Assembly (NCBI RefSeq): GCF_024691275.1 | Contig: NZ_JAILNU010000075.1 | Location: 36,715-100,714, forward strand | Length of the DNA stretch: 64,000 bases | Reading direction: 5' to 3' | From: Ruminococcus sp. | GTDB taxonomy: Bacteria; Bacillota; Clostridia; Oscillospirales; Ruminococcaceae | Part shown: positions 8,752 to 19,639 of the stretch, piece after piece | Layout of the letters: every line of letters begins with the position of its first letter | Numbering within the stretch: position 1 is the first letter of the stretch | Program-made: the position numbers and the translations under genes | Notes under the pieces: generated by a model | Told to the model about the DNA's origin: nothing | Seen by the model: only the letters and a program-made list of their open reading frames with translations | Databases searched by the model: none

Positions 8752-11130
8752 ATGATTTTTAAAGGCTCAAAGCAGTTAATTGCGGGAATTACCGCAGCAG
8801 CCATGTGCGTTATGGCTGTATCGCTTAACTTTACGTCTAATCTCAGTTCTAATGCAGCTTCAGATCAAAATGAACAATTCTATATTGACGGCTATCACTA
8901 TGAGTTTTATAACATGAGCAATATCGGAGAGTGCTCCTTTGAACCCGATAATGAGGGCGGATTCTACGCTGAATGGTCAGGTATCAGGGAGTGCCAGTTC
9001 GACAAGGGCATATACGGCAATGAATTGCCTAATGATCCCGAAAGCGTTATAATAAATTACGACCTTGAGTTTAGTCCTCTCACTGACAGCGAGGAGGTCA
9101 CCGACGGCAGCTCCCGAGTGGGGATATACGGCTGGCTGGTGCCAAAAAGTGCAAGATACAACATTGAATATGCAGTAATTGATTATCAGTGCAATTTCGA
9201 CACGGAAAACTATGCAAGTATCCTTGGATTACAGAACATAGGCAGCTATGAGCTGGACGGCATGACCTATGATCTGTACAACAAAAAAGCCGATGCAAAC
9301 GGCTTTTCATTTGACGCAAGCGTTGAGAAGTATTTCAGCTTCAGACGCGACAACAATATCGGCAGCGGTGCTCTGGTAAACCTTAAAAGCTCTATCGACC
9401 TTACCAGACACATGGAAGAGTGGCAGAAGCTCGGCATGGAAAAGAGCAATATCTACAGTACCATGCTGGACGTCCGTGCGTGGATGTCAAGCGGCAGCGC
9501 AAAGCTCAACAGCTGCGATATTGAAATTACCGAAAGGGAAAGGGAAGCCTTCACCGAGGACGGCTGTTTCTATTTCACAGAGCCTGCTGCAAACGGCGGC
9601 GATTACGAAATGAAGCCCCTCGGCGAGGGCGGCTTTGAGGCAAAGTGGGACAGCTATTCCAGTGTCACATTCCGCAAGGGAAGAAGCTTTGCCCAGGCTC
9701 CCGTAAACTATAGCAGCGAGGAATGTATCATAGCAGACTATGATATCAGTGTAACACCTGTCAAGTACGGCGATAACGGCGTTATCGACATAGGCGTTCA
9801 CGGCTGGCTCGATATCGGTGAGGGCAGCGACTGGAAGGACGAATTCAATATAATCCTCGGCAGAAAAAATTATTATTTCCCAAGCAATTACAAGGATTTC
9901 CAGAATAATGAAAATGTAATAGAGCTGGGCACCCTTGTGGATAACGGCAGAAAATTCACGCTTTACCGTTCTATCCCTATGCATAACTATACTGCTTTGG
10001 GCTTGTCCGAGGCTCCTCCTCATGCAAGATATACCTATTGGAGCGTTGCCGAGGACTGCGCTATGGATAATATCAGTGCTCCTAAGCTAAGCGGAAGGCT
10101 CAATATCCGAAAGCACCTTGAAAAATTCATGGAGCAGGCTTCTGCGCTTGAAAGAGTAAGCAATATCAGTGAAATATCCCTTGACCTGTTTACTATGGGC
10201 GGCGAGGGCAGTGCAAAGGTGAATGACTTCGATCTGCAACTTGGCAGCGATAACGATGAGGGCGGCAAGGTCACGTTCTCCTCTAAGGGTAATGCCACAG
10301 ACGCAAACAGTACTATAGATCCCAATGGAGCAGGCGGCTTTTCAAGCAGCTGGAGCGAGGGCGAGTACAAGTCATTCTCAAAGAAGCTTGAAGTTGACGG
10401 CGAAATAAATATGGACGAGTTTTCAGTGGACTATGATGCAGATGTGAATGCAAAATCGGTTTCTGGTACGGAATGGTCACTGTGCGCAGCCTGCAAGTCT
10501 GCTCAGTCTAATTTTGAATACTATGTTTTTGAAGGCTATGGTGCAAGCTCGGTCAAGACGAATACCAGCGGAAAGGACGGCACAAATGCTGAGCCCTATT
10601 CCTTCCTCAAGGATCATGCGGTCATCAAGAAGAATTCCGCTATAATCAACGGCGACAGATACGATCTGTACTATCTGCGCTATAAGGCAGGGGAGGGCGG
10701 TCTCGGCGGATATGATATCTACCGCTGCCTGAGCATAAAGCAGAACGCAGGTAATACTATGGGTAAGAAATGTCACCTGAACGGCAGAATAGACTGGTCT
10801 AAGCATATCATGGCATGGGACAGCGCAGGGTTCCCTATAGCCCCTGTTGACAGCTGTGAGGTATTCTTTGAGACCAACAGCCCAAGCGGCAATTTCAGCC
10901 TCAATATCTGCAAGTTTAATCTGGCAGCAAATGAGGGCAGTATAAAGGGTGACTTTAACGGTGACAGAGCTGTTGACAACTTTGATGTAATAGCTTGCCG
11001 AAAAGTGCTCCTCAATCCTGAAAACAGCCCCTATGATACAGAGGCAGGAGATATGAATGGAAACGGAAAGATCGACGTTGGCGACCTTATCATTCTTACT
11101 CGCTTTATTCTCGGAGTATCAAAGACCTGA
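8752..11130 (+). CDS. secreted protein with three tandem GH11-like beta-jelly-roll modules and a C-terminal dockerin
   Basis: Signal peptide. Three ~215-aa repeats each show GH11 landmarks: GG[FY]xxxWS, YGW...EY[AY]V, DGxxYDLY, and a xxSSGS-type last strand. Dockerin GDFNGDRAVDNFD ... GDMNGNGKIDVGD. ATG 8752 follows RBS AGGGGGA. Confidence 0.65.
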   Translation: MIFKGSKQLIAGITAAAMCVMAVSLNFTSNLSSNAASDQNEQFYIDGYHYEFYNMSNIGECSFEPDNEGGFYAEWSGIRECQFDKGIYGNELPNDPESVIINYDLEFSPLTDSEEVTDGSSRVGIYGWLVPKSARYNIEYAVIDYQCNFDTENYASILGLQNIGSYELDGMTYDLYNKKADANGFSFDASVEKYFSFRRDNNIGSGALVNLKSSIDLTRHMEEWQKLGMEKSNIYSTMLDVRAWMSSGSAKLNSCDIEITEREREAFTEDGCFYFTEPAANGGDYEMKPLGEGGFEAKWDSYSSVTFRKGRSFAQAPVNYSSEECIIADYDISVTPVKYGDNGVIDIGVHGWLDIGEGSDWKDEFNIILGRKNYYFPSNYKDFQNNENVIELGTLVDNGRKFTLYRSIPMHNYTALGLSEAPPHARYTYWSVAEDCAMDNISAPKLSGRLNIRKHLEKFMEQASALERVSNISEISLDLFTMGGEGSAKVNDFDLQLGSDNDEGGKVTFSSKGNATDANSTIDPNGAGGFSSSWSEGEYKSFSKKLEVDGEINMDEFSVDYDADVNAKSVSGTEWSLCAACKSAQSNFEYYVFEGYGASSVKTNTSGKDGTNAEPYSFLKDHAVIKKNSAIINGDRYDLYYLRYKAGEGGLGGYDIYRCLSIKQNAGNTMGKKCHLNGRIDWSKHIMAWDSAGFPIAPVDSCEVFFETNSPSGNFSLNICKFNLAANEGSIKGDFNGDRAVDNFDVIACRKVLLNPENSPYDTEAGDMNGNGKIDVGDLIILTRFILGVSKT

Positions 11131-11151
11131 CAACTATACCCCTCTAAATAT

Positions 11152-11189
11152 AAAAAGAAGATCTCCTCTGATAGGGAGATCTTCTTTTT
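11152..11189. terminator. bidirectional intrinsic terminator (GH11-like gene / PPK2 gene)
   Basis: GAAGATCTCC / GGAGATCTTC 10-bp stem, flanked by an A-run on the left and a T-run on the right, between convergent genes. Confidence 0.8.
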
Positions 11190-11203
11190 ATACATTTGGA
11201 ATA

Positions 11204-12175
11204 TTACTTTTTTGACTTCTTTTTCGCCTTTTTCTTGGGCTCGTCTGCTTTTTTCTCTGATTTATCAGCCTTTCCGCTCTCATACTCTGCCATAGCTTCT
11301 TCAAGCACCTTTCTGCACTCGGGGAGCTTTTCGGCTTCCTCGGGAGGAAGTGCAGGATATTCGGGCTTGCAGGCTTTCAGCTCGTTAAGAAGTATCTCTG
11401 TGATCAGATACCTTGTATACCACCTCTGGTCTCCCGGAAGCACATACCACGGGCAGTGCTTGGTGGAGGTCATGTTTATGACCTCGTTGAAGCATTTGAG
11501 ATATGAATCGTATTTATCGCGGACTTTAAGATCGTCTGCGCGGAATTTCCAGTTCTTTTCGGGGAGCTGTATACGCTCAAGAAGCTGTTCTGTCTGCTCC
11601 TCCTTTGAGACGTGCAGGAATATCTTCACCATGCGGAAGCTGTTTTCCCGGAGATATTCCTCAAAATTATTGACCTGCTTATAGCGCTTCTCGAAGAATT
11701 TCTTTTTGCCGTCATCGAGAATACGGTCAGACATATGATAATTCTTCCATATATCCTCAGCCTGAACTGTGACTAAGTCCTCATAGTGACTGCGGTTGAA
11801 AACGGCAATCTCGCCTCTGCGCGGGATATTCTGATGTATGCGCCAGAGATAATCGTGAGCCAGTTCATCAGCGGTAGGAGCTTTATAATAGTGTACCTTT
11901 ACGCCCATAGGATTCATTCCGCTGAAAACGTACTTGATCGCAGAGTCCTTTCCGGAAGCGTCAAGCGCTTGTATCACAACGATAAGTCCTTCTCTGCCAT
12001 CGGCGTAGAACTTGTCCTGGAGAGCAATGAGCTCCTGCTTGTTTGCCTCATATTTAGCAATGATGTCATCCTTTTCGACGTTATCCTCCTTGCTGTTTGT
12101 AGGGAGTTTTCGTATATCTGTTTTCTTGTTTGCTTCGATGATGTATTTATCAGCCTTCACCTTTGATACCTCCAA
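11204..12175 (-). CDS. polyphosphate kinase 2 (PPK2) family phosphotransferase with a Lys-rich C-terminal tail
   Basis: P-loop-like ALDASGKDSAIKYVF. PPK2-type blocks YLWRIHQNIPRRGEIAVFNRSHYED and LPGDQRWYTRY. Tail KADKSEKKADEPKKKAKKKSKK. Confidence 0.75.
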   Translation of the reverse strand: MEVSKVKADKYIIEANKKTDIRKLPTNSKEDNVEKDDIIAKYEANKQELIALQDKFYADGREGLIVVIQALDASGKDSAIKYVFSGMNPMGVKVHYYKAPTADELAHDYLWRIHQNIPRRGEIAVFNRSHYEDLVTVQAEDIWKNYHMSDRILDDGKKKFFEKRYKQVNNFEEYLRENSFRMVKIFLHVSKEEQTEQLLERIQLPEKNWKFRADDLKVRDKYDSYLKCFNEVINMTSTKHCPWYVLPGDQRWYTRYLITEILLNELKACKPEYPALPPEEAEKLPECRKVLEEAMAEYESGKADKSEKKADEPKKKAKKKSKK

Positions 12176-12214
12176 TAGTACAGTGTTATTTGCATTGCGA
12201 GAAACGAAATCGAG

Positions 12215-13192
12215 CTACTCTGAGAGCACAGGCGCTACCGTCATCATGCTGTAGACCATAACGGAATACAGTGCAGTCTGTCTTGCCGCAAGGAGAGCTC
12301 GTCTTTCCTGTTCGTCGCCAACATTTTCGTCGCTGGCATAAGCGGTGATCAGAAGCATGAATGCGTGGCTTACAGGCTCGCTCCTGCCGAATTCGGATAA
12401 GTCCGCAATGGAATTATGCTCTGAGAGAAAAGCCTCAACGTCGCTTATATCGCCCAGTATCTCGGCACTTCCGAACTTTGTCATAGCCAGTGCGGCAAGC
12501 ATTGCAAGCTCATAGTGCTTGCCATACTTGTGTCCCTTTTTGAGCATACTGTCGTACAGCTCCATGAACTTTGCGCACTTGTCCTCGGGCTTTCCGCCTG
12601 CCATAGAAAGAACATGAGACACAGTCTGGATACTGTTCTTGTCGGCGCTGTGCTTGAGAAGCTTATAGCTCGCCTCCATATCCTCTATGAGCTCATCGTC
12701 GGTCTTTTCGGAGAATGCAAGCATTACCGCAAAAGCCACGTCCTCCTTTGTGGTGAGGATGCGGTGCTCCTTTTTCATGCGGTCGTATATCTGTCTGCCG
12801 CGTTTTATATAGCTTTCGGCGGTATTCTTGTCCGTTATCCTCTGGAGCAGCACCGCCATTAATGCAAGGTGCTCGGAATTGGTAAAATACTTCCTAAGCA
12901 GGTCGTAGCATTCAAGGCAGCGCTCCATTTCACCCTTTGGATCGTCGCTTATTGACAGCCATGACGCTATCAGCGGTCTTATAGTACTGCGGAAGCTTGA
13001 CAGCATTTTGTTGTTATCCTTGATAAGAGCCATGCTGTTTTTGAATTTTGAAAGGTCAAAATCCGAATCCGCGGTGCAAATAACGTTTGCACATACAGGG
13101 TAAAGAATATCCCTTTCCAGCGGACAGAAATCGGTAAACAGCCCCAGATTGAGCAGATACTTATCACACAGAGTTTCAAGCAGCTCCTTCAT
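12215..13192 (-). CDS. hypothetical all-alpha protein (possibly DUF4003-like; family not verified)
   Basis: The ORF is trimmed to ATG 13192, preceded by a G-rich RBS. No catalytic motif recognised. Confidence 0.4.
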   Translation of the reverse strand: MKELLETLCDKYLLNLGLFTDFCPLERDILYPVCANVICTADSDFDLSKFKNSMALIKDNNKMLSSFRSTIRPLIASWLSISDDPKGEMERCLECYDLLRKYFTNSEHLALMAVLLQRITDKNTAESYIKRGRQIYDRMKKEHRILTTKEDVAFAVMLAFSEKTDDELIEDMEASYKLLKHSADKNSIQTVSHVLSMAGGKPEDKCAKFMELYDSMLKKGHKYGKHYELAMLAALAMTKFGSAEILGDISDVEAFLSEHNSIADLSEFGRSEPVSHAFMLLITAYASDENVGDEQERRALLAARQTALYSVMVYSMMTVAPVLSE

Positions 13193-13465
13193 GGTGTCCC
13201 CCCTTTTTGTGTACATTGATTTACAATTTACAATTATTATATCACATTGCACAGGAAATTTCAATGCAAAAATGCTGATTTTTTCATATTTTTTGGATAA
13301 AAACAGCAAAAAGTTACTAAAATCATCAAATATTGCGCTTTTTCTCGCAGAAACGCCCTTTCTTAGAGCGGCGGAATTCGGTAGGAATTAAAGCTTACAG
13401 CGGCGGCTTTTGTAGAAAACAGCAAATTTTGAATATTATAACGACATTTTTACACATTATTACTG

Positions 13466-13494
13466 TTGACTTGAAGTGAAAAATATGCTATAAT
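13466..13494 (+). promoter_or_regulatory. sigma-A promoter (extended -10) for the GntR-TraB/GumN operon
   Basis: TTGACT (13466-13471), 17-nt spacer, TGcTATAAT (13486-13494). This leaves a ~185-nt leader. Confidence 0.6.
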
Positions 13495-13680
13495 TTTTCT
13501 GTATATAAATTATTTATATTATTTTATAATTTCTTACGGCTGAGAAACCCGCATATACCGTTTGTGTTCAAAAAACGGTGCAGCCAATAAATGTTCAGGT
13601 CATATATTTAATATATTTACTTGAAAAATGCTCACTTCGGGCTTTGCAGTCAACTGATTTTTTATGTTAAGGAGGAAGCT

Positions 13681-14352
13681 ATGGGAAACAGTGAATACCG
13701 CAAGACTATTGATTATATACTCGACCTTATCAGAAGCGGAATGCTGCAGGTAGGGGACAAGCTTCCGACAGAGCGCAGTATATCGGAAAAGCTCGGCATA
13801 AGCCGAAATACTGTCCGCGAAGCGCTCAGGGGACTTGAGATTCTCGGTATTGTCAATGGAAAACAGGGCTCGGGAAATTATCTTACTGATAATATCTCGG
13901 ATTCTATCGCTTCGGCGATGGACATCATGCTTCTGATGAACAGAACTTCAAAGGAAGAGATATGTTCTTTCAGGAGAAGCATGGAAAAGACCGTGTGCAG
14001 CTATCTTATCGCTAAGGGCTGCAGCTCGGAAAACAAACTTAAAATAGTCGCCGCTCTCAACAGGCTCAAGGATTCCGAGGGCACTGAAGAGCAGACTGTG
14101 GCAGACAGAGACTTCCACTATTCGCTTATAAACGCTACGGAAAACGGCTTCTGGATAACCTTCATGAACGCTGTATCCGAGGTGTATATGCGCTGGATAG
14201 ACGATTTCCTGACTACTGCCGACCACGATGTGCGCATGAGACTTCAGGACGCCCATGAGAAAATAGTACAGGGAATAATCACGGGCGACATCGAATTCTG
14301 CTTCCGCGCCATTGATGCACACTATAACATAATAGACGAGAGCTTCGGCTAA
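13681..14352 (+). CDS. GntR-family (FadR/FCD-type) transcriptional regulator
   Basis: GDKLPTERSISEKLGISRNTVREALRGLEILGIV winged HTH, with an all-alpha C-terminal domain. ATG 13681 follows AAGGAGGA. Confidence 0.85.
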   Translation: MGNSEYRKTIDYILDLIRSGMLQVGDKLPTERSISEKLGISRNTVREALRGLEILGIVNGKQGSGNYLTDNISDSIASAMDIMLLMNRTSKEEICSFRRSMEKTVCSYLIAKGCSSENKLKIVAALNRLKDSEGTEEQTVADRDFHYSLINATENGFWITFMNAVSEVYMRWIDDFLTTADHDVRMRLQDAHEKIVQGIITGDIEFCFRAIDAHYNIIDESFG

Positions 14353-14365
14353 AGAAAGGGATTTT

Positions 14366-15415
14366 ATGAGGAAAAAGGGTTTCTTTGCCGCTCTTATGGC
14401 GGTACTGTTTGCTTTTAGCGCTGCTTCCTGTGATAATGAGCTCCATGTCGATGAAAGACCTAAATCGAGCGTACAGGAAACAACCGCGGCAGAAGGGGAA
14501 AAGGGAACTCAGTCGGCTGATACAAATACAATGGCCAACGATATAAACTCATATATCACAGTGAAGGAATCAAAGCCTGCACTGTGGAGGATCACAGACA
14601 CAAATAGCGGAAACGGGCTTTATGTGCTGGGTATGGTGTATTTTATGACGGATTATACCCTTCCGCTGCCCGACTATGTTATGGACGCTTATAAAAACAG
14701 CGATACCATAGCTGTTGAGTACGATATGAGCAATATGTCACAGGATATGGAGCAGATGCAGGAATTCTACAGCCATATGGTCTATACCGACGGCACAAGC
14801 ATAACCGATCATATCTCCGAGGAGACCTATAACAAGGCGAAGGAATATCTGTCAAAGTATTTCTTCTACAATAATATGATGGACGGCTATTCCGCAAGCT
14901 TCTGGGCTTCACAGGTAAATGCCGTGGCTGTTGGAAACGTGAAGAATATTCTCATGGAGACTCTTGATTCGAGATTTGTCACTATGGCAAAAATGGAGAA
15001 CAAAAAGGTAGTCAGCCTTGCAGACGCGGATTCTCAGCTCAGGGCTATGGACGCAGGTACCGATGAGCTGTCTGATTTTATGATAAGCGATACTATCAGA
15101 CGTGCAGAGGATATAGGCTTATTCACAAAAACTCTTGCCGAGCAGTACAACCAATGGGCAAGAGGCGACGTCGAGCCCCTTGCTGAGGAGTACTACTGGC
15201 TGGATCGCTCGTCAGACCTTGATGACGATTACGAGGCTTATCTTGAGGCTACTCTTTATGCGAAAAACGACAATATAGCCGCAAAGGTCAGGGATTTTCT
15301 TGCCGGCGGCGAAAGTCCGTTCATTATCGTGAACGTTACAAGCTTTTCGGGTGAGAAGGGCGTTGACGATATTCTTGCGGCTGAGGGCTACAAGATCGAG
15401 AGAGTGGATAAATAA
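14366..15415 (+). CDS. TraB/GumN family lipoprotein
   Basis: Lipobox FSAASC. LWRITDTNSGNGLYVLGMVYFM N-terminal block typical of the TraB/GumN family. Family call is made from memory. Confidence 0.55.
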   Translation: MRKKGFFAALMAVLFAFSAASCDNELHVDERPKSSVQETTAAEGEKGTQSADTNTMANDINSYITVKESKPALWRITDTNSGNGLYVLGMVYFMTDYTLPLPDYVMDAYKNSDTIAVEYDMSNMSQDMEQMQEFYSHMVYTDGTSITDHISEETYNKAKEYLSKYFFYNNMMDGYSASFWASQVNAVAVGNVKNILMETLDSRFVTMAKMENKKVVSLADADSQLRAMDAGTDELSDFMISDTIRRAEDIGLFTKTLAEQYNQWARGDVEPLAEEYYWLDRSSDLDDDYEAYLEATLYAKNDNIAAKVRDFLAGGESPFIIVNVTSFSGEKGVDDILAAEGYKIERVDK

Positions 15416-15450
15416 CCATTTATACCATATATTACTAAATCGAACAAAAA

Positions 15451-15486
15451 AAGCGCCGAATGGTTTTTAAATTCGGCGCTTTTTTA
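15451..15486 (+). terminator. intrinsic terminator
   Basis: AAGCGCCGAAT / ATTCGGCGCTT stem followed by TTTTT. Confidence 0.8.
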
Positions 15487-15505
15487 TAAATCTTCACGGA
15501 GCCCC

Positions 15506-15534
15506 TTGACATGGGACAAAATCTGTATTATAAT
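15506..15534 (+). promoter_or_regulatory. sigma-A promoter of rpoBC
   Basis: TTGACA (15506-15511), 17-nt spacer, TATAAT (15529-15534). ~180-nt leader to the rpoB ATG. Confidence 0.6.
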
Positions 15535-15715
15535 GTTATAATGTATCAATATGGAATAGTATCGCTATTTTGCAAGATATTATAGCATACATTGCACTGA
15601 CTTGTCAATAGTTTTCTGCAAAAAAATTCATGATACGATAGCAACAAACAAGAACTGCTCTGTCTGCACTGTGTGCGGCAGCAGGGCAGCAAAAAAATAC
15701 AAGGAGGTTCCGCCT

Positions 15716-18700
15716 ATGGTGAATGTTACACCTAAGCAGCTGGGAAAGAATGTCAGAATGAGCTTCGGTAAGATTACCGAGCCTCTGGAGATGCCGAACC
15801 TTATCGAGGTGCAGAAGAACTCGTATAAGTGGTTCAAGGAGGAGGGTCTTCGTGAAGTATTCCGCGAAATGACCGCTATCACTGATTATAACGGCAATCT
15901 CGTCCTCAACTTCAAGGACTATCGCTTTGATGACACTCCCAAATATTCTCTCGCAGAATGTAAATCAAGAGGAGCTACCTATCAGGTCGCTATGAGAGCT
16001 ACCGCTACACTTGCAAACAAGGAAACAGGTGCGGTAAGTGAGAGCGAGATATATATGGGTGACTTCCCGCTCATGACAGACAGCGGTACTTTCGTTATCA
16101 ACGGTGCTGAGCGTGTTATCGTTTCTCAGCTCGTTCGTTCCCCGGGTGTTTACTACTCATTCACTAAAGATAAAACAGGTAAGGATCTCTTCAGCTCGCA
16201 GATAATCCCTAACCGTGGTGCATGGCTCGAGTATGAACAGGATTCCAACGACGTTGTTTACGTTCGTATTGATAAAAACAGAAAGATCCCGCTCACTACC
16301 TTTATAAGAGCTCTGGGCGAGGAGGGTACTGATGAGGAGATCTACGAGATCTTCGGCGACGATGACCGCCTCAAGCAGACTATCCTCCAGAAGGATCAGA
16401 CCAAGAACCGTTCGGACGCTCTTATCGACGTATACAAGAAGCTCCGTCCGGGCGAACCTCCTACGGTCGAGAGCGCAGTCAGCCACCTCAACAACCTCTT
16501 CTTCGAGGCTAAGAGATATGACCTCTGCCGCTTCGGTAGATACAAGTACAACAAGAAGCTCGGCATCGCTTCACGTCTTGCAGGCAGAACCCTTGCTGAG
16601 CCTATAATAAATGAGATGACAGGTGAGATACTCGCCGATGCAGGTGAGACTATCTCCTACGACAAGGCTTGTGAGATCGAGCAGGCAGGCGTATACAGCG
16701 CTTTCGTAACTGTTGAAGCAAAGGAATACTACACTGACGACCGCGGTGAGACCTCTATCCGCATGGTTGAGAAGGTAGTAAAGGTCATCGGTAACGGCAT
16801 GGTAGATATCAAGGGCTATGTCGATTTCGATGCTGAAAAGTACGGCATCAACGAGAAGGTATCCTTCAATGTCCTCAAGGAGATCATGGACAGCGCTGCT
16901 GACGCTGATGAACTCGAAGAGACAGTTAAGAAGAAGGCAGACGAGCTTTCTCCTAAGTACATCACTCTTGATGATATCAAGGCTTCTATCAGCTACTTCC
17001 TCAACCTCTGCGAGGGTGTCGGTACTGTTGATGATATCGACCACCTCGGAAACAGACGTATCAGAAGTGTCGGAGAGCTCCTCCAGAACCAGTTCCGTAT
17101 CGGTTATACACGTATGGAGCGCGGTATCCGCGAGAGAATGAACCTCCAGACTCAGGACGTGAATACCCTCACTCCTCAGACACTTATTAACATAAGACCT
17201 ATTTCTTCAGCTATGAAGGAGTTCTTCTGCTCCTCACCACTTTCACAGTTCATGGATCAGAACAACCCTCTTGCCGAGCTTACTCATAAGAGACGTCTTT
17301 CAGCCCTCGGACCAGGTGGTCTTTCAAGAGACCGTGCCGGATTTGAGGTTCGTGACGTTCACTACAGCCACTACGGAAGAATGTGTCCTATCGAGACTCC
17401 TGAAGGTCCTAACATCGGACTTATCTCCTATCTGGCTACTTTCGCAAGAATAAATGAGTACGGCTTCATCGAGGCTCCTTACAGAAAGGTCGACAAGGCT
17501 ACAGGCGTTGTTACCAAGGACGTAGTTTACATGACTGCTGATATGGAGGATAACTTCGTTGTTGCTCAGGCTAACGAGCCTCTTACAGAAGATGGCAAGT
17601 TCGCAAGACCTCGTGTAAACGCACGTCACCGCGAGCAGATCCTTGAATGTGAACGCGAAAAGGTAGACTACATGGACGTATCTCCTAAGATGGTCGTTTC
17701 TGTAGCTACATCAATGATCCCGTTCCTCGAAAACGATGATGCTAACCGTGCCCTCATGGGTTCAAACATGCAGCGTCAGGCAGTTCCGCTCCTCAAGACA
17801 GAGCGTCCTTTCGTTGGTACAGGTATGGAATACAAGGCTGCCGTTGACTCGGGCGTATGCGTTGTATCTGCTTACGACGGCAAGATCACTTATGTTGACG
17901 CTGACAAGATCACTATGGTGGATACAGACGGCGTTGAGCATAAGTATGAGCTTATCAAGTTCAAGCGCTCCAACCAGGGCACTTGTGTAAATCAGAGACC
18001 TATCGTTACAGCAGGCGAGGAAGTAAAGAAGGGTCAGGTACTGGCTGACGGCCCTGCAACTGCTGACGGTGAGATATCCCTCGGTAAGAATGCCCTCATC
18101 GGCTTCATGACTTGGGAAGGTTACAACTACGAGGACGCTGTTCTCCTTAACGAGCGCCTTGTAAGAGAAGATGTATTCACATCTGTTCATATAGAAGAAT
18201 ACGAGATCGAGTGCCGTGATACAAAGCTCGGACCCGAAGAGATCACAAGAGATATCCCGAACGTGGGCGATGACGCTCTCGCAAACCTCGACGAAAACGG
18301 TATCATCCGTATCGGTTCTGAGGTAAATTCAGGCGATATCCTCGTTGGTAAGGTAACTCCTAAGGGCGAAACAGAGCTCACCGCTGAGGAAAGACTCCTC
18401 CGCGCTATCTTCGGTGAGAAGGCAAGAGAAGTACGTGATAATTCACTTAAAGTACCTCACGGTGAATCAGGTGTCATTGTTGACGTTAAGGTGTTCACAC
18501 GTGATAACTGCGACGAGCTCTCAGCAGGCGTTAATATGCGCGTTGTCTGCTATATCGCTCAGAAGCGTAAGATCACTGTCGGCGATAAGATGGCCGGTCG
18601 TCACGGTAACAAGGGTGTCGTTTCACGTATACTCCCTGAGGAGGATATGCCGTTCCTTCCTGACGGTACTCCGCTCGATATTGTGCTGAATCCTCTCGGC

Positions 18701-19639
18701 GTTCCTTCACGAATGAATATCGGTCAGGTACTTGAAGTACACCTCGGTATGGCTTGTAAGGCTCTTGGCTGGCATATCATGACTCCTGTATTCGACGGCG
18801 CACACGAAGGCGATATCCGTGAGTGCTTCAAGATGGCTAATGAACACGCTCAGGAGCACAAGGACGATATGTTCGAGCTCAAGGCTATGGACAAGGTAAT
18901 TAATCCTAATGCTCTGGAATTCACAGAGGATTGTAAGTTTACTCTCTACGACGGACGTACAGGTGAAAAGTTCGATAACCGCGTAACTGTGGGCTATATG
19001 TACTACCTCAAGCTCCACCACCTCGTTGATGATAAGATCCACGCACGTTCCGTTGGTCCTTACGCTCTCGTTACTCAGCAGCCTCTGGGCGGTAAAGCTC
19101 AGTTCGGCGGTCAGCGTTTCGGAGAGATGGAAGTTTGGGCTCTTGAAGCTTACGGTGCAGCTTACACCCTTCAGGAGATCCTTACTGTCAAGTCTGATGA
19201 TACTATCGGCCGTGTAAACACTTATGAGGCTATCGTAAAGGGTCAGAACGTTCCTACACCTGGTATTCCTGAATCATTCAAGGTACTTATCAAGGAAATG
19301 CAGTCACTCTGTCTCGATGTCAAGGTTCTCGACATCAATCAGGAAGAGATCGACCTCAAGCAGAACTTCGACGACGACGATCCGATGCCTTCACGCGAAT
19401 CCTTCGCTGATGAGGATACTGCCGACAGCACAAGCTACTCCGACAGCGATATCGGTGACGCAGGCTTCTCCTTCGACGAAGAGGACGGAGAAGACGGAGA
19501 TTCCTTCGATGGCGTTGACAAGGACGATGAGTTCAGCTTCGACGACGGCGAGGAGGATGACTTCAGCTTCGACGATGACGAGGAGGACGGAGACTTCTAT
19601 AATAGTCTCGATATCGACGATCCTTCAGATGAGGACTAA
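15716..19639 (+). CDS. rpoB: DNA-directed RNA polymerase subunit beta, with an acidic C-terminal extension
   Basis: Conserved RpoB blocks throughout ([69 protein letters not shown]). ATG 15716 follows AAGGAGG. The 5' extension in the ORF track was rejected. Confidence 0.97.
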   Translation: MVNVTPKQLGKNVRMSFGKITEPLEMPNLIEVQKNSYKWFKEEGLREVFREMTAITDYNGNLVLNFKDYRFDDTPKYSLAECKSRGATYQVAMRATATLANKETGAVSESEIYMGDFPLMTDSGTFVINGAERVIVSQLVRSPGVYYSFTKDKTGKDLFSSQIIPNRGAWLEYEQDSNDVVYVRIDKNRKIPLTTFIRALGEEGTDEEIYEIFGDDDRLKQTILQKDQTKNRSDALIDVYKKLRPGEPPTVESAVSHLNNLFFEAKRYDLCRFGRYKYNKKLGIASRLAGRTLAEPIINEMTGEILADAGETISYDKACEIEQAGVYSAFVTVEAKEYYTDDRGETSIRMVEKVVKVIGNGMVDIKGYVDFDAEKYGINEKVSFNVLKEIMDSAADADELEETVKKKADELSPKYITLDDIKASISYFLNLCEGVGTVDDIDHLGNRRIRSVGELLQNQFRIGYTRMERGIRERMNLQTQDVNTLTPQTLINIRPISSAMKEFFCSSPLSQFMDQNNPLAELTHKRRLSALGPGGLSRDRAGFEVRDVHYSHYGRMCPIETPEGPNIGLISYLATFARINEYGFIEAPYRKVDKATGVVTKDVVYMTADMEDNFVVAQANEPLTEDGKFARPRVNARHREQILECEREKVDYMDVSPKMVVSVATSMIPFLENDDANRALMGSNMQRQAVPLLKTERPFVGTGMEYKAAVDSGVCVVSAYDGKITYVDADKITMVDTDGVEHKYELIKFKRSNQGTCVNQRPIVTAGEEVKKGQVLADGPATADGEISLGKNALIGFMTWEGYNYEDAVLLNERLVREDVFTSVHIEEYEIECRDTKLGPEEITRDIPNVGDDALANLDENGIIRIGSEVNSGDILVGKVTPKGETELTAEERLLRAIFGEKAREVRDNSLKVPHGESGVIVDVKVFTRDNCDELSAGVNMRVVCYIAQKRKITVGDKMAGRHGNKGVVSRILPEEDMPFLPDGTPLDIVLNPLGVPSRMNIGQVLEVHLGMACKALGWHIMTPVFDGAHEGDIRECFKMANEHAQEHKDDMFELKAMDKVINPNALEFTEDCKFTLYDGRTGEKFDNRVTVGYMYYLKLHHLVDDKIHARSVGPYALVTQQPLGGKAQFGGQRFGEMEVWALEAYGAAYTLQEILTVKSDDTIGRVNTYEAIVKGQNVPTPGIPESFKVLIKEMQSLCLDVKVLDINQEEIDLKQNFDDDDPMPSRESFADEDTADSTSYSDSDIGDAGFSFDEEDGEDGDSFDGVDKDDEFSFDDGEEDDFSFDDDEEDGDFYNSLDIDDPSDED

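Noticed and set aside
13602-13616. Palindrome ATATATTtAATATAT in the GntR leader as a GntR operator
   Set aside because: It is pure A/T sequence in an AT-rich leader and lacks the GT..AC core typical of GntR/FadR boxes. It is likely a chance match.
15602-15715. N-terminal extensions offered by the ORF track (rpoB from TTG 15602; also 12215-13309, 13621, 8710, 34920, 42465, 48803, 49556, 38145, 38764)
   Set aside because: In each case an internal ATG (or TTG) with a properly spaced Shine-Dalgarno sequence coincides with the start of the conserved domain or signal peptide, so the shorter models were used. Start choices remain predictions.
16571-18190. Several 100-160-aa minus-strand and off-frame ORFs inside rpoB (e.g. 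16571-17044, 17762-18190); similar ones lie inside rpoC
   Set aside because: They are embedded in highly conserved RNAP coding sequence and have low-complexity translations. They are typical antisense or off-frame artefacts.
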